From the NCBI RefSeq assembly GCF_964188315.1, contig NC_135660.1, forward strand, positions 48,484,001 to 48,548,000: 64,000 nucleotides of DNA. The letters run 5' to 3'. This document shows positions 1-13,700 of this stretch, piece by piece (positions within the stretch are counted from its first letter, which is position 1; each line of letters begins with the position of its first letter). Source of the DNA: Podarcis muralis (Eukaryota). The notes beneath the pieces were generated by a model. The model had not been told where the DNA came from, searched no databases, and was given only the letters and a program-made list of their open reading frames with translations. A program made the translations under genes and the position numbers.

Positions 1-83
1 TCCTCCCTCCATGGTTTCTTCCTCTCCTGCCCTGCAGTTTCTGTCGGAAAATGGCTGCTACCTACCAGCAAAGCACAAACAAG

Positions 84-411
84 TAGGGATGTAAGGAAGT
101 GAGCAAACTCTGGCTGTTTGGATATAGGAATCTGCAGTGTGTATAGCCAGGTTTGAGTATAATTCTTTATATCTGGATAACTTACATTTTCACATTATGA
201 GTGGGTGGATAGTGGGACCTGCATGTATTAGGCAAAATTGCACACCAACATGCAAATATTGGGGGAAATTCATACTAAAATGCTGATGAGTTTTTCAGGA
301 ATATATATATATATATGAAACCACAAACTGATGTGGAAATGTGAAGAACTGAATTTAAGATTGGAAAAACGAGATGCTGAGAAAAACTATTGATAATTTC
401 CCCCATCCCTA
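84..411. mobile_element. Old non-autonomous DNA transposon remnant with TAGGGATG...CATCCCTA termini (hAT-Ac-like ends)
   Basis: TAGGGATG at 84, CATCCCTA ending at 411. Interior resembles 58390-58734 in the opposite orientation. No intact TSD. Confidence 0.45.
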
Positions 412-620
412 GTCTATGCTTCTTGAAAACCTCATGGTGTCATTGGTTGTGCTTTCCTGTAAGCGCAGGAAGCCTGGAAGCCCTGTCCCCCTGGTATCAC
501 CATACATTCAGTACAAACTTCTGCAGGAAGGGAGACCTCATGTTTAGAACTAACATTTACACTGTATGTGTGAATGCTGAAACCTACATTTTCCTAAATT
601 GAACTCTCCTGCGAAGAACC

Positions 621-761
621 AAGAGTCAATGGAATAGCTCATGCTTTGCATACAGAAGATACCAGGCCTGAAAACTTGATTGAGCTGCTGGCAGTCAGTG
701 TGCAAAGGACATTGCTAGAAGACCTGATAGTCTGACTTGCTATAAGGCAGCTTCCAATGTG
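621..761 (+). mobile_element. Decayed tRNA-derived SINE with CR1-type tail
   Basis: gctcatgctttgcatacagaag head and tataaggcagcttcc tail; same family as 28505-28620 (-). Confidence 0.4.
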
Positions 762-2410
762 CTTTGAGCAACAGGTTCCATGCCGCAAACTAAAACCAAC
801 CGTGCGTACATTCTACCATTTAATTAGATCTACAAATATAATAAGAACATGGCAACTGTAAGAAGGAAATTGTTTTCTGAAACAAGATCTCTACATGACT
901 TAATGGCCATTCATTATAGTTTGTCCATTACATTAGTCCTTTCTAATTAAGCTAAAACACAGAGAGTTCTTTTAATATTTCAGCAACTGAACAACATGGG
1001 AAATGTACTGAGCAAACCTACCCAAGACTGGGTCCTGATTCCAGTTCCATATAAATCAACATGACACTACCTGAAATTAATTGCTCCTTTCTGTTAATTT
1101 TTATTGGCCGAGAATTAATGAAGCTAATGATGGAGCCGAAGACTGTAATTAAATGGTTTGAAATATAAATTTGACCAGCTCACAATGCTTGCTAATATCT
1201 GCATTGAGTGATGTTCCCTCTATGCTAAATCCCTCTCCATCAGCTCAGAATGGTTGATAAGTTTCTTTGTGCCATCCCCAATTACACAACTACATACGAA
1301 CAAGTGATCAACCAATCTTGCTGTGTGCTCTACTGCAATTAGAGACATAAGAAAACTTTGATTTCTATTCCACCCTGTGTTCGTTGCAAGCAGTACTGTT
1401 TCTATTCTGCTGCAGTTCAGTATTCAACAAAAACTATGTTATTCATCTCACTGCCTACTGGGGGGGGGGCAGTGCTAGGACACAGAGCTTTAAAGCACAG
1501 ACCTGTGCCTGGAAAGTGCAGGGCAAATGGTAGGTGTGGATAAGCATTAAGTAAAGAAGTACCAGTGTGTGTGCACTCAACTAAGAATCCATTATTGGAC
1601 CTTGTTCTATCATCCGGATTATCATTCATAGGCAAGCAACTTCCTGGCACATTAACCATTTTTGCTGAGAATCATCTCTTGTAAGTTTGCTGCTTGCTGC
1701 CAGTTCTGTAATCTTCTTCCATTCAGGTATCAGATGTCAGGGGATGGGGATGCTTATCCTATGGTGCTGTGATTGTGATGATTCTCTTGGACTGCTTTGC
1801 GAGAGTGAATAGAAATTATGGACAATGCAGATTGGTTCGCTCTGCAGCCAAAGCACTGCTTAGCTCAACACTAGTAGGTAGAACTGAGTTGAATCATGGC
1901 AATTGCAGCACTAGTCTGCATGCCTTTGGGAGTCAGTGATGGGAACAACTGAATTCTAGGCTACCAAAATAGGCTCCTGTCTCATGGTAAGAGACGGTAA
2001 CAGAAAAGACATCAACATATTTTGAAATTAAATGTAGAAAACAATCACCACAGTCTGTCTAATGGTAGAGCTGGTGCTACTAGGCTGCTGCTTTAACTTC
2101 ATATAGTTCCATTCCTTTAGCATCAGTTGAGTGACACCTTTTGAGTGTTGAGAAAGAAAAGGAGATGCTGTTGGAGGGCAGCCAAAGACAGCACCGCTAA
2201 ACAGTGGTAGAGTTGAATGTCCATTACCCTTCCATTCTACAAGGTGGTCTGTGTGAGGAAGAAAGGGGGCTTGGTGGGTGTTGGTGCATTATGACAAGCT
2301 TGTTAAAGGTCTGTTAAATAAAGTAATTCTCCTTACTGGTTAGGGGAGCCTATCAGTTGAATGAGAAGGCATGTGTGCCTCAAAGTACCTAATCTGCAGA
2401 GGAAGAACCC

Positions 2411-2628
2411 NNNNNNNNNNNNNNNNNNNNNNNNNNNNNNNNNNNNNNNNNNNNNNNNNNNNNNNNNNNNNNNNNNNNNNNNNNNNNNNNNNNNNNNNNN
2501 NNNNNNNNNNNNNNNNNNNNNNNNNNNNNNNNNNNNNNNNNNNNNNNNNNNNNNNNNNNNNNNNNNNNNNNNNNNNNNNNNNNNNNNNNNNNNNNNNNNN
2601 NNNNNNNNNNNNNNNNNNNNNNNNNNNN
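2411..2628. other. Assembly gap
   Basis: Run of 218 N. Confidence 1.
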
Positions 2629-3325
2629 ACTTTGCACACATGCTGTTCCATGGTGAAGTTGGGATGGGGGAATAACTAACCCATTGTCCCCTGACTTCAT
2701 CCAAGTTGTGGCAAAAAGCAGGAAAGCACAAGATTGTGGGAAACTCATTATGTAAATGCTTCTTGCTTGGAGGGTCAGGTGCCATATTGTGGATCAGCTT
2801 CCTCTGAGGTGAGTCCAAAACCAGTTAGGGTTTTCATCCCACTTCTGCTATTTCCCCTTCAGTGCAAATCCCCCCTCAACCCTCTGCCCCGCAAAATTAC
2901 CTCGGAATGAGGAAGGTGTACAGTTGGCAGATGAATCCCTTACAGACAGGAGAGGCCTTTTTCTAATCACAAGTTAATTGTATTTTTTATTAGGTACATA
3001 AATGAAATTTAAGACAGCCCTGCTGTAAAGAATCCAAAAGGAGAACTGTTACTATGGAGGCAAATAAAGAACACTATTAAGACAGGAGGATGGAAAATGT
3101 GTATTGCAATAAATGATTTAGGCTGCATCCTGCACAGATTTATATGGGATCCAGCCATATTCAATTCAGTGGGGTTCATTTCTGATTAATTAAATATAGG
3201 GTTGTGCTGTTACTCAGCAAAAAGCCCATTTGTGCAGGCAAAAATAGTAAAATATTCCAAGGGAAGCATGAGCAATGTGTCTGAGACTAATGGGACAATT
3301 AATGACATCCTATCATTAGGTAGCT

Positions 3326-3706
3326 AAAGGTAGGTAAAGGACCTCTGGATGGTTAAGTCCAGTCAAAGGTGACTATGGGCTGCAGCACTTATCTCACTTC
3401 AGGACAAGGGAGCCGGTGTTTGTCCACAGACAGCTTTCCGGGTCATGTAGCCAACATGAATAAACTTCTTCTGGTGCAACAGAACACTGTGACGGAAGCC
3501 AGAGTACAAGGAAATGCCATTTACCTTCCCACTGCAGCGGTACCTATTTATCTACTTGCACTGGTGTGCTTTCAAACTACTAGGCTGACAGAAGCTGAGA
3601 TAGAGCAACAGGAGCTCATCTCATCACGCAGATTCAAACTGCCAACCTTCTGATCAGCAAACCCAACGGGTTCAGTGGTTTAGACCACAGTGCCACCTGC
3701 ATCCCT
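3326..3706 (-). mobile_element. Sauria SINE (older, near full length)
   Basis: Reverse complement matches the SINE at 47995-48340 end to end, including the tRNA-like head, the aagtagataaataggtaccgc body and the cctttacc tail. Confidence 0.85.
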
Positions 3707-6258
3707 GCTATTATAATAAAGTGTTCCATATACATTCCAGGAACAAGCTGAATATGCTAAAGTTTAGCCTGAGCAAGTTTCACAGCAGACCCACCCCCTT
3801 CCCCAATACAGAAAACTGGTCTGTGCAAGGGGGAAACCCAAGAATTTATTGAGAAAGGCTTGTCAGCTTGGAAAGCACTGGTGGGGAATCATCCATGCTA
3901 AATACCGGTGGTGGCAAATAAGGCAGCGGAAAACACGAGGTTGAAATAACATGCCAGCGTGTGTATCTGCATAGAAGGAAATCTCTGCAGAATGTATCTG
4001 ATTGCCCGTGTGGAACACATGTGAAATAAGTGCTTGGAGAAATTGCAGAGAATGTTTCACCTAGAAGACCAACAGAAGCATTACAGTTCCATTTCCCTCT
4101 GAGGTGCAAATGTGTTGGACACAAGCAACCCATTTTTTTTGCATCGGATCTACCATTAAGATAATCAGGGAGAGGACAAAATGACTACACATAAGTAGTG
4201 GGATTCAAAAAAGAGAAGTGAAGTGCCAGAATTATTTCAAGGAGAGCAACTTTATATCTTTGAGCAAGCTCCTGGGGTCTCTGTACTTCATTGCTTAGAT
4301 ATAAAAGAAGGGGGGGGGGGTAATCTTCATTAAAGTGCCTGCCAAATGTTGAATGAAATCTATTATTCAAATGGATATCTAGGGAAATAATGAGTGTGGT
4401 TTTTACAAATGCATTTTTACCGGGGATGCCTTTTTCCTCCACAAAGCCATGACCATCTGATTTATAGCCTTCTATTCAGCTGCTTTGTTACTGAGGCTAC
4501 AGCCTGCCAGCTTCAATTTCAAGAGGTGCTTGGAGAAACTATATGGTGACATGACAAGTCCAATTCAAGAATGTATTGGAAAGGAACATGGCGAATCTAT
4601 TTCTTAAGAATGGACCTGACAATCACCTTCTACTAGGTAATAAAACCAGCAGGTGCTGATTACTTACATTGCACAGGTAAGAAAATTTGTGTCTAGGGGA
4701 ATATTACTCTGCTAGCTTGGCACTAAAACTGTGCTCAGAGCCAGGCAAGGGGAGAGGCAAGGATGCCTGACAGTTTCTGATGTCGGGCGAGGGCTGTGTG
4801 GCTATTTAAGTCTGTGCTAGACACCAACCAACCTCTTTGAATTTATTGAAATCACCCAGCCCACCTTCAGCTGCAGTATTGATAACAGTCGCTTGAGGAC
4901 TTAGTAGGCATTTTTTTCTGCCTGTCTGCCTCATTACATGTGTCCTTTGGAACACAGCATAACCCTTAAACCACAATTATCTGAGATCTTCTGCCTGGAT
5001 ACAACCGTACACTGCTCCAAAAAGGTGTCTAAGCAATTTATAACCTAGAAATTTGTTGATTCTGTTATGCCAATTAAATACCACCAGGGCATGTGCATAG
5101 ATAATCTCGCACCCAAGAAGCATGCAAAAATACCTAGGCAATTGTAAATCTGCTTGCGCAAATAAGAGGCTGAATTCCTTAAATACCCATACTAGTACAG
5201 TATGCTGGAAAAGAAATGAAAGCAATTGTAAATTCTGAGCACACACTTTTCAGATTGATGTACAATGTATCTGGTGTAGAAATTTTCCATGTGGTTTGAA
5301 AAGGGGGGGGGGGGGAGGAATATTCCTCTGTTCTGGAGTGCACCAGAAATAGTTACAAGTAACCAGAAAAGAAATGAAAGCATTGAGGAACTTGTGGGCA
5401 TGGAAAGGGGAATGGCAGAAAATGACAGCTGAGCACCCACACCGAAATACTGAAACAAATATTCTGTGACCCCAAATGGAGTGGTTTGGAGCCTGAATTT
5501 CCACAACATACTGGATTATTCCTGTATCAGGTAAATCTAAATTTGGGAGGGGGGGAGCATTGGGATTGGTGTTGTTTGACAGTAACATCATGTGGACAAT
5601 GCAAGCTAACTGGGATGGCAAACAGCAGCAATCTCTCAGTAAACTCCAGTGTTTACAGTCCCTGACTAGGCTAAAATCCCCATTTAAGATTCTGGAGTCA
5701 TGGGTATGTATGGAAGAAGGATGGGTGTAAAGGGAGAAATAGGAAGGGGGGGATGCCTTCCTACCTTCTAGAAGGTGGCAAAGTTCAAAAGGTTACAAAT
5801 TCCTATGCCAATGGATACCAACCTGTGGGTGATGGTCATTTCCACAGGCTATCTACTCAGCCATGGGATGGATACAGATCACATTTGAGACTAACCTGTC
5901 TCACCTATGTGGAGTTCTGTGTCCCTGGGATGGGTGTAAGGCTCCCAGCTCCCACAATATTTTTGGGGGAAGGGAGTCCAGACTGTTTAAAGTGATATCA
6001 TGGTGCTTTAAATGTATAGAGTGAAAGTTGCCTATGACTACATGAACTCTACTTCTGTCTATTATTTGGGGCCAGTTTGCTTTACCCACTGTGTGTTTCC
6101 AGATGTATGTTGTGTTTGGTCCATATTGCAGATTGAGCTCAATCAATGCAGATGATCTGTATTCATCCATGTTATTACAAGCTGATGCTGCCTAGGGAGG
6201 TTGGTATGCAGTGAAGCAGTCAACCGGAGGAGGTAGCAAGGAATATGAACCATTAGGC

Positions 6259-6464
6259 CAGAGCTTTTCAAACTATGTGTCACGACATGTTAGTGTGTCG
6301 GCTCCAGTGTGTAGGTGTGTCACGTAAATGCTCCCCACGCTACTCCCAGGGCTGGAAAGGGGTTAGTTTAACCTCCAGTTTGCTAGTAAAAATGAATTAC
6401 TGTATTGTGAAATGATGCCTGTCTAAAAAGCGTGTCACCGATGTGAAAAGTTTGGAAAGCTCTG
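6259..6464. mobile_element. hAT (Charlie/Buster-like) MITE
   Basis: TIRs cagagcttttcaaact / agtttggaaagctctg; 8-bp TSD cattaggc / ccttaggc (1 mismatch). Confidence 0.8.
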
Positions 6465-7406
6465 CCTTAGGCTATTTAAAAGGAGAGAGAGATCACTGAA
6501 ATCAGACACTAGGCTGTTATTTGCAAACAACACCTCACTCTTTCCCTCTTGTAAACATCTCCTCACTTGCATCAAACATGCATCCAATATTAAATCTTCA
6601 GAGCATGGTAGCTTTATGGTCAGTTTGTTAAAACTGGTCATTTGCACAATGTCAATTAAAATGAGATTTAAAAATAATTGGCAAACAAACCCAGTTGCCA
6701 ACTGAGATGCTGGCAAATATGCCATTTCACGTTGAGTTTCAATTTGTGCAGAAGTTGATATTAATGAATTAATTCATTCACTTTGAAGTTAGTATGATTC
6801 ATCAGGTGCTGAAAAATAAGGGGACATCAGCCTATGTGAGGAGAAGGCTAATCATCTCCAATTGCCACTGAATACTGGCTGCATTCCTAATAGGCCCATT
6901 GATCTTGGAGACCTTTGGGCTTGCAGCCGCACTTGTTTGCTGGGTAATTTGCACTGTTGTGGGTTGTTCATTATTATTAATACCTATGATGAAAGTAAAG
7001 TTCTTGACTCTAACAGCTTGTTTGTGACTTGCAATGGTTGAGAGTTAATTTGCATGCATCAACAATGTCAAATAGCCAACTTAGTATTATTTTCAATTGC
7101 CAAGCCCTCCTCCTTCCTGCTCCTCCTCATTCTTCACTGTGCAAAATTATCCTTTCTGCTGCAAAGAATCTACTCAACCCCAGTTTATGGACATGTATAT
7201 TTAAAGCAAATGCAATATCCAAATGCATCAGAGAAAAATAGATAGGCTTTAAGAGCACATGACATCTGAAATATCAAGGGATGTTTGCCCTGCACATGGA
7301 AAGAAATCTTGTATAATCTATAATTATTCTATAATTGATAATTGTTAGCCTGGAGTGAGTATTGGCAACACAGATCCAGAATTTCTTAGGTGACACTGAT
7401 TATCCT

Positions 7407-7566
7407 TTCCAATCTGGGTTCAAGTCTTGTTTATGGCCTTGTTGAGGGACTGAAACAGCCTGTTGGGTGGCTTACCCCAGGAACTAGGAATGAGAAGTGC
7501 ATCCTTACTGGTTGCCAGAATCTCTTTGCAGTTCTCAATACCACTGACTATGGCATCTTTCTGGGG
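7407..7566 (+). mobile_element. Highly decayed L2-type reverse transcriptase fragment
   Basis: Translates to FQSGFKS and, further on, NLFAVLNTTDYGIFLG, which resemble the L2 RT motifs FQSGFRP and DLSAAFDTIDHGILL. Confidence 0.5.
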
Positions 7567-9559
7567 TATGGAGCCTTGGAGTTCTGGCCTACCTGGCTGG
7601 AGGCTGGAGCATTAGTCAATCTCTTGGACATGGATCTTTGGGATTCTTCAGTGTTCCGTATTGTTATTTAATATCTACATAAAACTGCTGCTCTGGGAGG
7701 CTCCTTCTGTGGGAAATCTAAACTGTGTTCCTGCCATTACAGCCTGAACACAACACAGCTCAGGCAAGCAGCAGAGAACAGGCAGGACAAGTTCCAGCAG
7801 CCATACTGCTCTGCCGCCACTTCCCTCCTATTCAACTTCTTACATTGTGGAGGCCAAAATGGAGGCATAACAATATCTTCATAACAACATCTAGAAGCAT
7901 GTTCTTTGTAGAAGATAATTTTTAGGCCCCAGACAACCAACTGCAAACTAAAACACTGGGGTTATTACTGGTGTTATGTGACCATTCGGTTATACTGGCT
8001 TTTCTGCAAGAGTTCATGGAGAAAATAATAATCCTTTCACTCAAATGAATTTGCCAGCTTTAATTTTATCATGACTTTAGTAAAGAAAATAAATATCTGA
8101 CCTTCAGGAATCCCTTAATATAGGAAAGCGACTTTTTCTTCTTCCAGAATATCTCTGACCATAAATAAGATTGCTTAAAATAAATATTAAAATGCAAAAT
8201 GGAATTTATTTTAACTATTCAGAGAGAGAAATGGGGCTTTGAAAAGTTCTAACAAATTATTTGTGTAACAGATGCAGTATTAGCATACGAAGGAAGCTGT
8301 TGACTGAAATCCTCTTTTTGAGTAATACTTTGGCATAATTTTTCATGCCATGTTGGTTGTTTGTAGACGTGGTATTGATTTATAAGCCAATGAGATAAGA
8401 GCATCAAATGGAAAATTCTCACCAGAGCTATTACGTTTCACTCAGCTTATGTCCTTTATATCTTAGCTTCCTCTTTACTGAAAAATTCTCTCATTTCTCT
8501 GTTCAGCCGAATAAGAGCATGAATGAACCTCAGAGATTAAGTATCTTGGGTGCTGAAATTGCCCCCTGAAATTGCCGTCCTTTATTCACTCATATTTTAC
8601 AGAGCATCCACATGATATTGTTGGTAGCCAATTGTAATCCAATTGTGTTTTGAGTAATTCTGCTGTGTGTTTTCCTGCTGTGTGAGTAATCCTGCTGTGT
8701 GTTTTCAGACTTTGGTGTGTATATGTATGTAATGCAAGTCCATTTGCAACATCAGTCATTTCAGTGTGGACAGACAACACACTGTTAAGGTGTTTCAGGG
8801 CTCCTATGTCTTTTAATTGGAGCACCTTCTCCTCCTTTTCCTCCCAAGTTCACAGCTCCTTGTTGACCTAGGCTAGGATATTTGTAATGAATAACATCTA
8901 ATGTGACCCATGAAACAGTTTATCTAAATGGTCCCAATATCAGTTTCTCTTTGGGTACAAGGGGAAGGATAGAATTACTGATCTTTTCTGTTTCTCTTTT
9001 CTAACGTAAAAATAGTACTATATAAATAATTTAGGGATGGCCTTGTAATTTGGTACAAGCAGCTATTTCGTGATATCATACTCAAAGTAGACTCATGGAA
9101 ATAAACGGACCTTATCTAAGTCCATGGGTTGCTCTGTGTATACCTAACACTGGATATAATACAAAATTGGAATTATGCTAGTGAATGGAATTATTCAAAT
9201 TCAACTTGTTCCTTAAGGATGGGGATATACACAGATGACAGGATAAGGAAACCCCTTGTGTGGGCTACAATGTATTGTATACCTCTGTGACTGCATTTGG
9301 AATGCTGGGCAGACTTCTAGATGCCCAGTCTCAGAAAACTACTTTAGAATGGGAAAAGACAAGCAAAATGATTCAGATTCAAAGCATCTTTCCCACACCT
9401 GATGTGAGAGAAGTGCATACCAAGTATTTACCCCATCTTTCCCCATGATATTATAACTCAGGATTGTGAAATGAAATTGCTTGGCAGTAGATTAAGGCAG
9501 AGAAAAGAAAGCACTTACTCACACATTGCATGATTAGCCTGCAGCAATCACTGCTACAC

Positions 9560-9830
9560 TGTAGTGATGACCATTGGTTTAGAAAGATGGCTTTTCAAAA
9601 GTTTTAGACAAACTCATGGTAGATAGATTTTCTCAATAGTTATAAACCATCATAGCTGAGCATCATCTCAAGGTCAATGGCAGAATGCTTTTAAAGACCT
9701 GCTGTGACAGGGGAGGAATACTTTCACATCCTGTTTTGGGGCTTCCTGCAAGCATTTAGCTGGTTTTTGTTAGGAACAGGGTTCTGAACTAGACATGTCT
9801 TAGATAAGACACAGTTCAGGTCTTCTGTTC
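9560..9830 (+). mobile_element. Decayed CR1 LINE 3' end
   Basis: Resembles 20060-20493 (tagtgatgacca...ttagacaaactcatgg...ctgaactagac). Confidence 0.5.
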
Positions 9831-10726
9831 CCTTCTTGGAGAGTCTTTCCAACCCCCTCCATTGTGGGTGAAGAATTGTTAACAGATGTTCTTAATGGCC
9901 CATGGAATATGAACTGCAATTCACATTCCTTGCAAGACAAAACTATTCAAAGAACCCATTATAAACAAAAACATGAATACTAAGTGGCTAGATTTTATTT
10001 ACACATACGCAATTCATAAGATTTCAGATGGTGCTTTTCAACCAAGCAGATAAATTAGACTACTTGCAGATGTTCCATTTCAATCTTTCATACAGAATTA
10101 CAGAACTTGTTTTGATAGTGATTTAAGACACTTGATGTTTGTGCTAGATTGCTTCTAAGTGACCAATATATGTGAATGTTGGCAGGACCCCTACTTAGGT
10201 GTTTATTGATCCACGTGTATGGCATGCGAGCGATTTATATGCCATTTACAACTTTTGTCAGCATAAGAATTGGAGTTAATTTCACAACTGCAGTCAGTCT
10301 AGAATTGATACTGTAAAGCACTTTTGGTAAGAATCTAGCATGTGATAATAACTGGCTGAAGCAAATTTTGCAAAACGATGCCATAAGAAGCTGAAAAGAT
10401 GAACAAAGGAAGTTTACTGGATGCTCTGCAAATCAACTGCTGGTCTAAAAAGGTCCATTGCCCTAGGTTTCAATTCTTTGCATGATATGAATTTCATACA
10501 CCTGTCAGCATTCATCAAGAACCAGAAAGAAATATTTGTCCATATTTAAGTGAAATATGGGGGCATTGTTTAATTACTATTTCTCTAATAAAACTACAGT
10601 TAGCCAGACAGACATTGGGTATGTGTGTGGAGTTATGGATAGAGAGGTAGAGCTCTACATATAGGAATCAACTACTTATACTGAAAAGACAGCTTGGTTC
10701 CATTTTATAAGAACTAGTATTCAAAT

Positions 10727-13700
10727 CCCCTTCATGGATCACTGCCTTGCCGTGGCGAAGGGGCTTGAAGAACTCAGAGAAGCTATGAACTACGCCGAGC
10801 AGGGCACACAAGATGAACAGGTCATAGTGGAGAGTTTCGACCAAACGTGATCCACCTGGAGGAGGAACCGGCAAGCCACTCCAGTATCCTTGCCAAGAAA
10901 ACTCCATGGACAAAGACAACAGGCATATAAAAGTTATGACGCTGGAAGATGAGCCCCTCAGGTCGGAAGGCGCCCAACATGCTACTGGGGAAGAGCGGAG
11001 GGCAAGTACAAGTAGATCCAGAGCTGATGAAGCGGCTGGGCCAAAGCCGAAAGGACGCTCAGTTGCGGATATGCCTGGAAGCGAAAGGAAAGTCCAATGC
11101 TGTAAAGAAAAATATTGCATAGGAACCTGGAATGTAAGAACCATGAACCTGGGTAAGTTGGAGGTGGTCAAAAATGAGATGGCAAGAATAAATATTGACA
11201 TCCTGGGCATCAGTGAACTAAAATGGACGGGAATGGGCGAATTCAGTTCGGATGACCATCACATCTACTACTGTGGGCAAGAAACCCGTAAAAGAAATGG
11301 AGTGGCCCTCATAGTCAACAAAAGAGTGGCGAAAGCTGTACTGGGATGCAATCTCAAAAATGATAGAATGATCTCGATACGAATCCAAGGCAGACCTTTT
11401 AACATCACAGTAATCCAAGTTTATGCACCAACTACTGGTGCTGAAGAAACTGAAATTGACCAATTCTATGAAGACTTACAACACCTTATAGAAGTGACAC
11501 CAAAGAAGGATGTTCTTCTCATTATAGGGGATTGGAATGCTAAAGTAGGGAGGCAAGAGATAAAAGGAACAACTGGCAAGTTTGGCCTTGGAGATCAAAA
11601 CGAAGCAGGGCAAAGGCTAATAGAGTTCTGTCAAGAGAACAAGCTGGCCATCACAAACACGCTTTTCCAACAACACAAGAGACGACTCTACACATGGACA
11701 TCACCAGATGGGCAGCATCGAAATCAGATTGATTATATTCTCTGCAGCCAAAGATGGAGAAGCTCTATACAGTCAGCAAAAACAAGACCTGGAGCTGACT
11801 GTGGCTCAGATCATCAGCTTCTTATAGCAAAATTCAAGCTTAAACTGAAGAAAGTAGGAAAAACCACTGGGCCGGTAAGATACAATCTAAGTCAAATCCC
11901 TTATGAATACACAGTGGAAGTGAGGAACAGGTTTAAGGATTTAGATTTGGTGGACAGAGTGCCTGAAGAACTATGGATGGAGGCTCGTAACATTGTACAG
12001 GAGGCAGCAACGAAAACCATCCCAATGAAAAGGAAATGCAAGAAAGCAAAGTGGCTGTCCAACAAGGCCTTACAAATAGCGGAGGAGAGAAGGCAAGCAA
12101 AATGCGAGGGAGATAGTGAAAGATACAGGAAATTGAATGCAGATTTCCAAAGAATAGCAAGGAGAGACAAGAAGGCCTTCTTAAACGAGCAATGCAAACA
12201 AATAGAGGAAAACAACAGAATGGGAAGAACCAGAGATCTGTTCAAGAAAATTGGAGATATGAAAGGAACATTTCGTGCAAAGATTACCATAATAAAGGAC
12301 AAAAGTGGTAAGGACCTAACAGAAGCAGAAGACATCAAGAAGAGGTGGCAAGAATACACAGAAGAATTATACCAGAAAGATATGGATGTCTCATACACCC
12401 CAGGTAGTGTGGTTGCTGACCTTGAGCCAGACATCCTGGAGAGTGAAGTCAAATGGGCCTTAGAAAGCACTGCAAATAACAAGGCCAGTGGAAGTGATGG
12501 TATTCCAGCTGAACTATTTAAAATTTTAAAAGATGATGCTGTTAAGGTGCTACACTCAATATGCCAGCAAATTTGGAAAACTCAGCAGTGGCCAGAAGAT
12601 TGGAGAAGATCAGTCTACATCCCAGTCCCAAAGAAGGGTAGTGCCAAAGAATGCTCCAACTACCGCACAATTGCACTCATTTCACACGCTAGCAAGGTTA
12701 TGCTTAAAATTCTACAAGGAAGGCTTAAGCAGTATGTGGATCGAGAACTCCCAGAAGTGCAAGCTGGATTTAGAAGAGGCAGAGGAACCAGAGACCAAAT
12801 TGCAAACATGCGCTGGATTATGGAGAAAGCTAGAGAGTTCCAGAAAGACATCTACTTCTGCTTCATTGACTATGCAAAAGCCTTTGACTGTGTCGACCAC
12901 AGCAAACTATGGCAAGTTCTTAAAGAAATGGGAGTGCCTGATCACCTCATCTGTCTCCTGAGAAATCTCTATGTGGGACAAGAAGCTACAGTTAGAACTG
13001 GATATGGAACAACTGATTGGTTCAAAATTGGGAAAGGAGTACGACAAGGCTGTATTTTGTCTCCCTGCTTATTTAATTTATATGCAGAATACATCATGCG
13101 AAAGGCTGGGCTGGATGAATCCCAAGCTGGAATTAAGATTGCCGGAAGAAATATCAACAACCTCAGATATGCAGATGACACAACCTTGATGGCAGAAAGT
13201 GAGGAGGAATTAAAGAACCTTTTAATGAGGGTGAAAGAGGAGAGCGCAAAATATGGTCTGAAGCTCAACATCAAAAAAACGAAGATCATGGCCACTGGTC
13301 CCATCACCTCCTGGCAAATAGAAGGGGAAGAAATGGAGGCAGTGAGAGATTTTACTTTCTTGGGCTCCATGATCACTGCAGATGGTGACAGCAGCCACGA
13401 AATTAAAAGACGCCTCCTTCTTGGGAGAAGGGCAATGACAGGCCTAGACAGCATCTTGAGAAGTAGAGACGTCACCTTGCCAACAAAGGTCCGTATAGTT
13501 AAAGCCATGGTTTTCCCAGTAGTGATGTATGGAAGTGAGAGCTGGACCATCAAGAAGGCTGATCGCCGAAGAATTGATGCTTTTGAATTATGGTGCTGGA
13601 GAAGACTCTTGAGAGTCCCATGGACTGCAAGAAGATCAAACGCATCCATTCTTAAGGAAATCAGCCCTGAGTGCTCACTGGAAGGACAGATCGTGAAGCT

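Noticed and set aside
38-82. Plus-strand 45-nt exon after a strong polypyrimidine acceptor at 1-37
   Set aside because: The donor (gtaggg) is weak and coincides with a transposon terminus; the peptide is unrecognised
2333-2818. ORFs spanning the first N gap
   Set aside because: They look long only because N codons hide stops
5901-6170. ORF with VVIGNFHS resembling a LINE endonuclease GDFN motif
   Set aside because: A single degenerate motif with no other support
8552-8708. Short local tandem duplications (also near 47908, 58165, 58475 and 60918)
   Set aside because: Two-copy slippage duplications of 11-32 bp are ordinary
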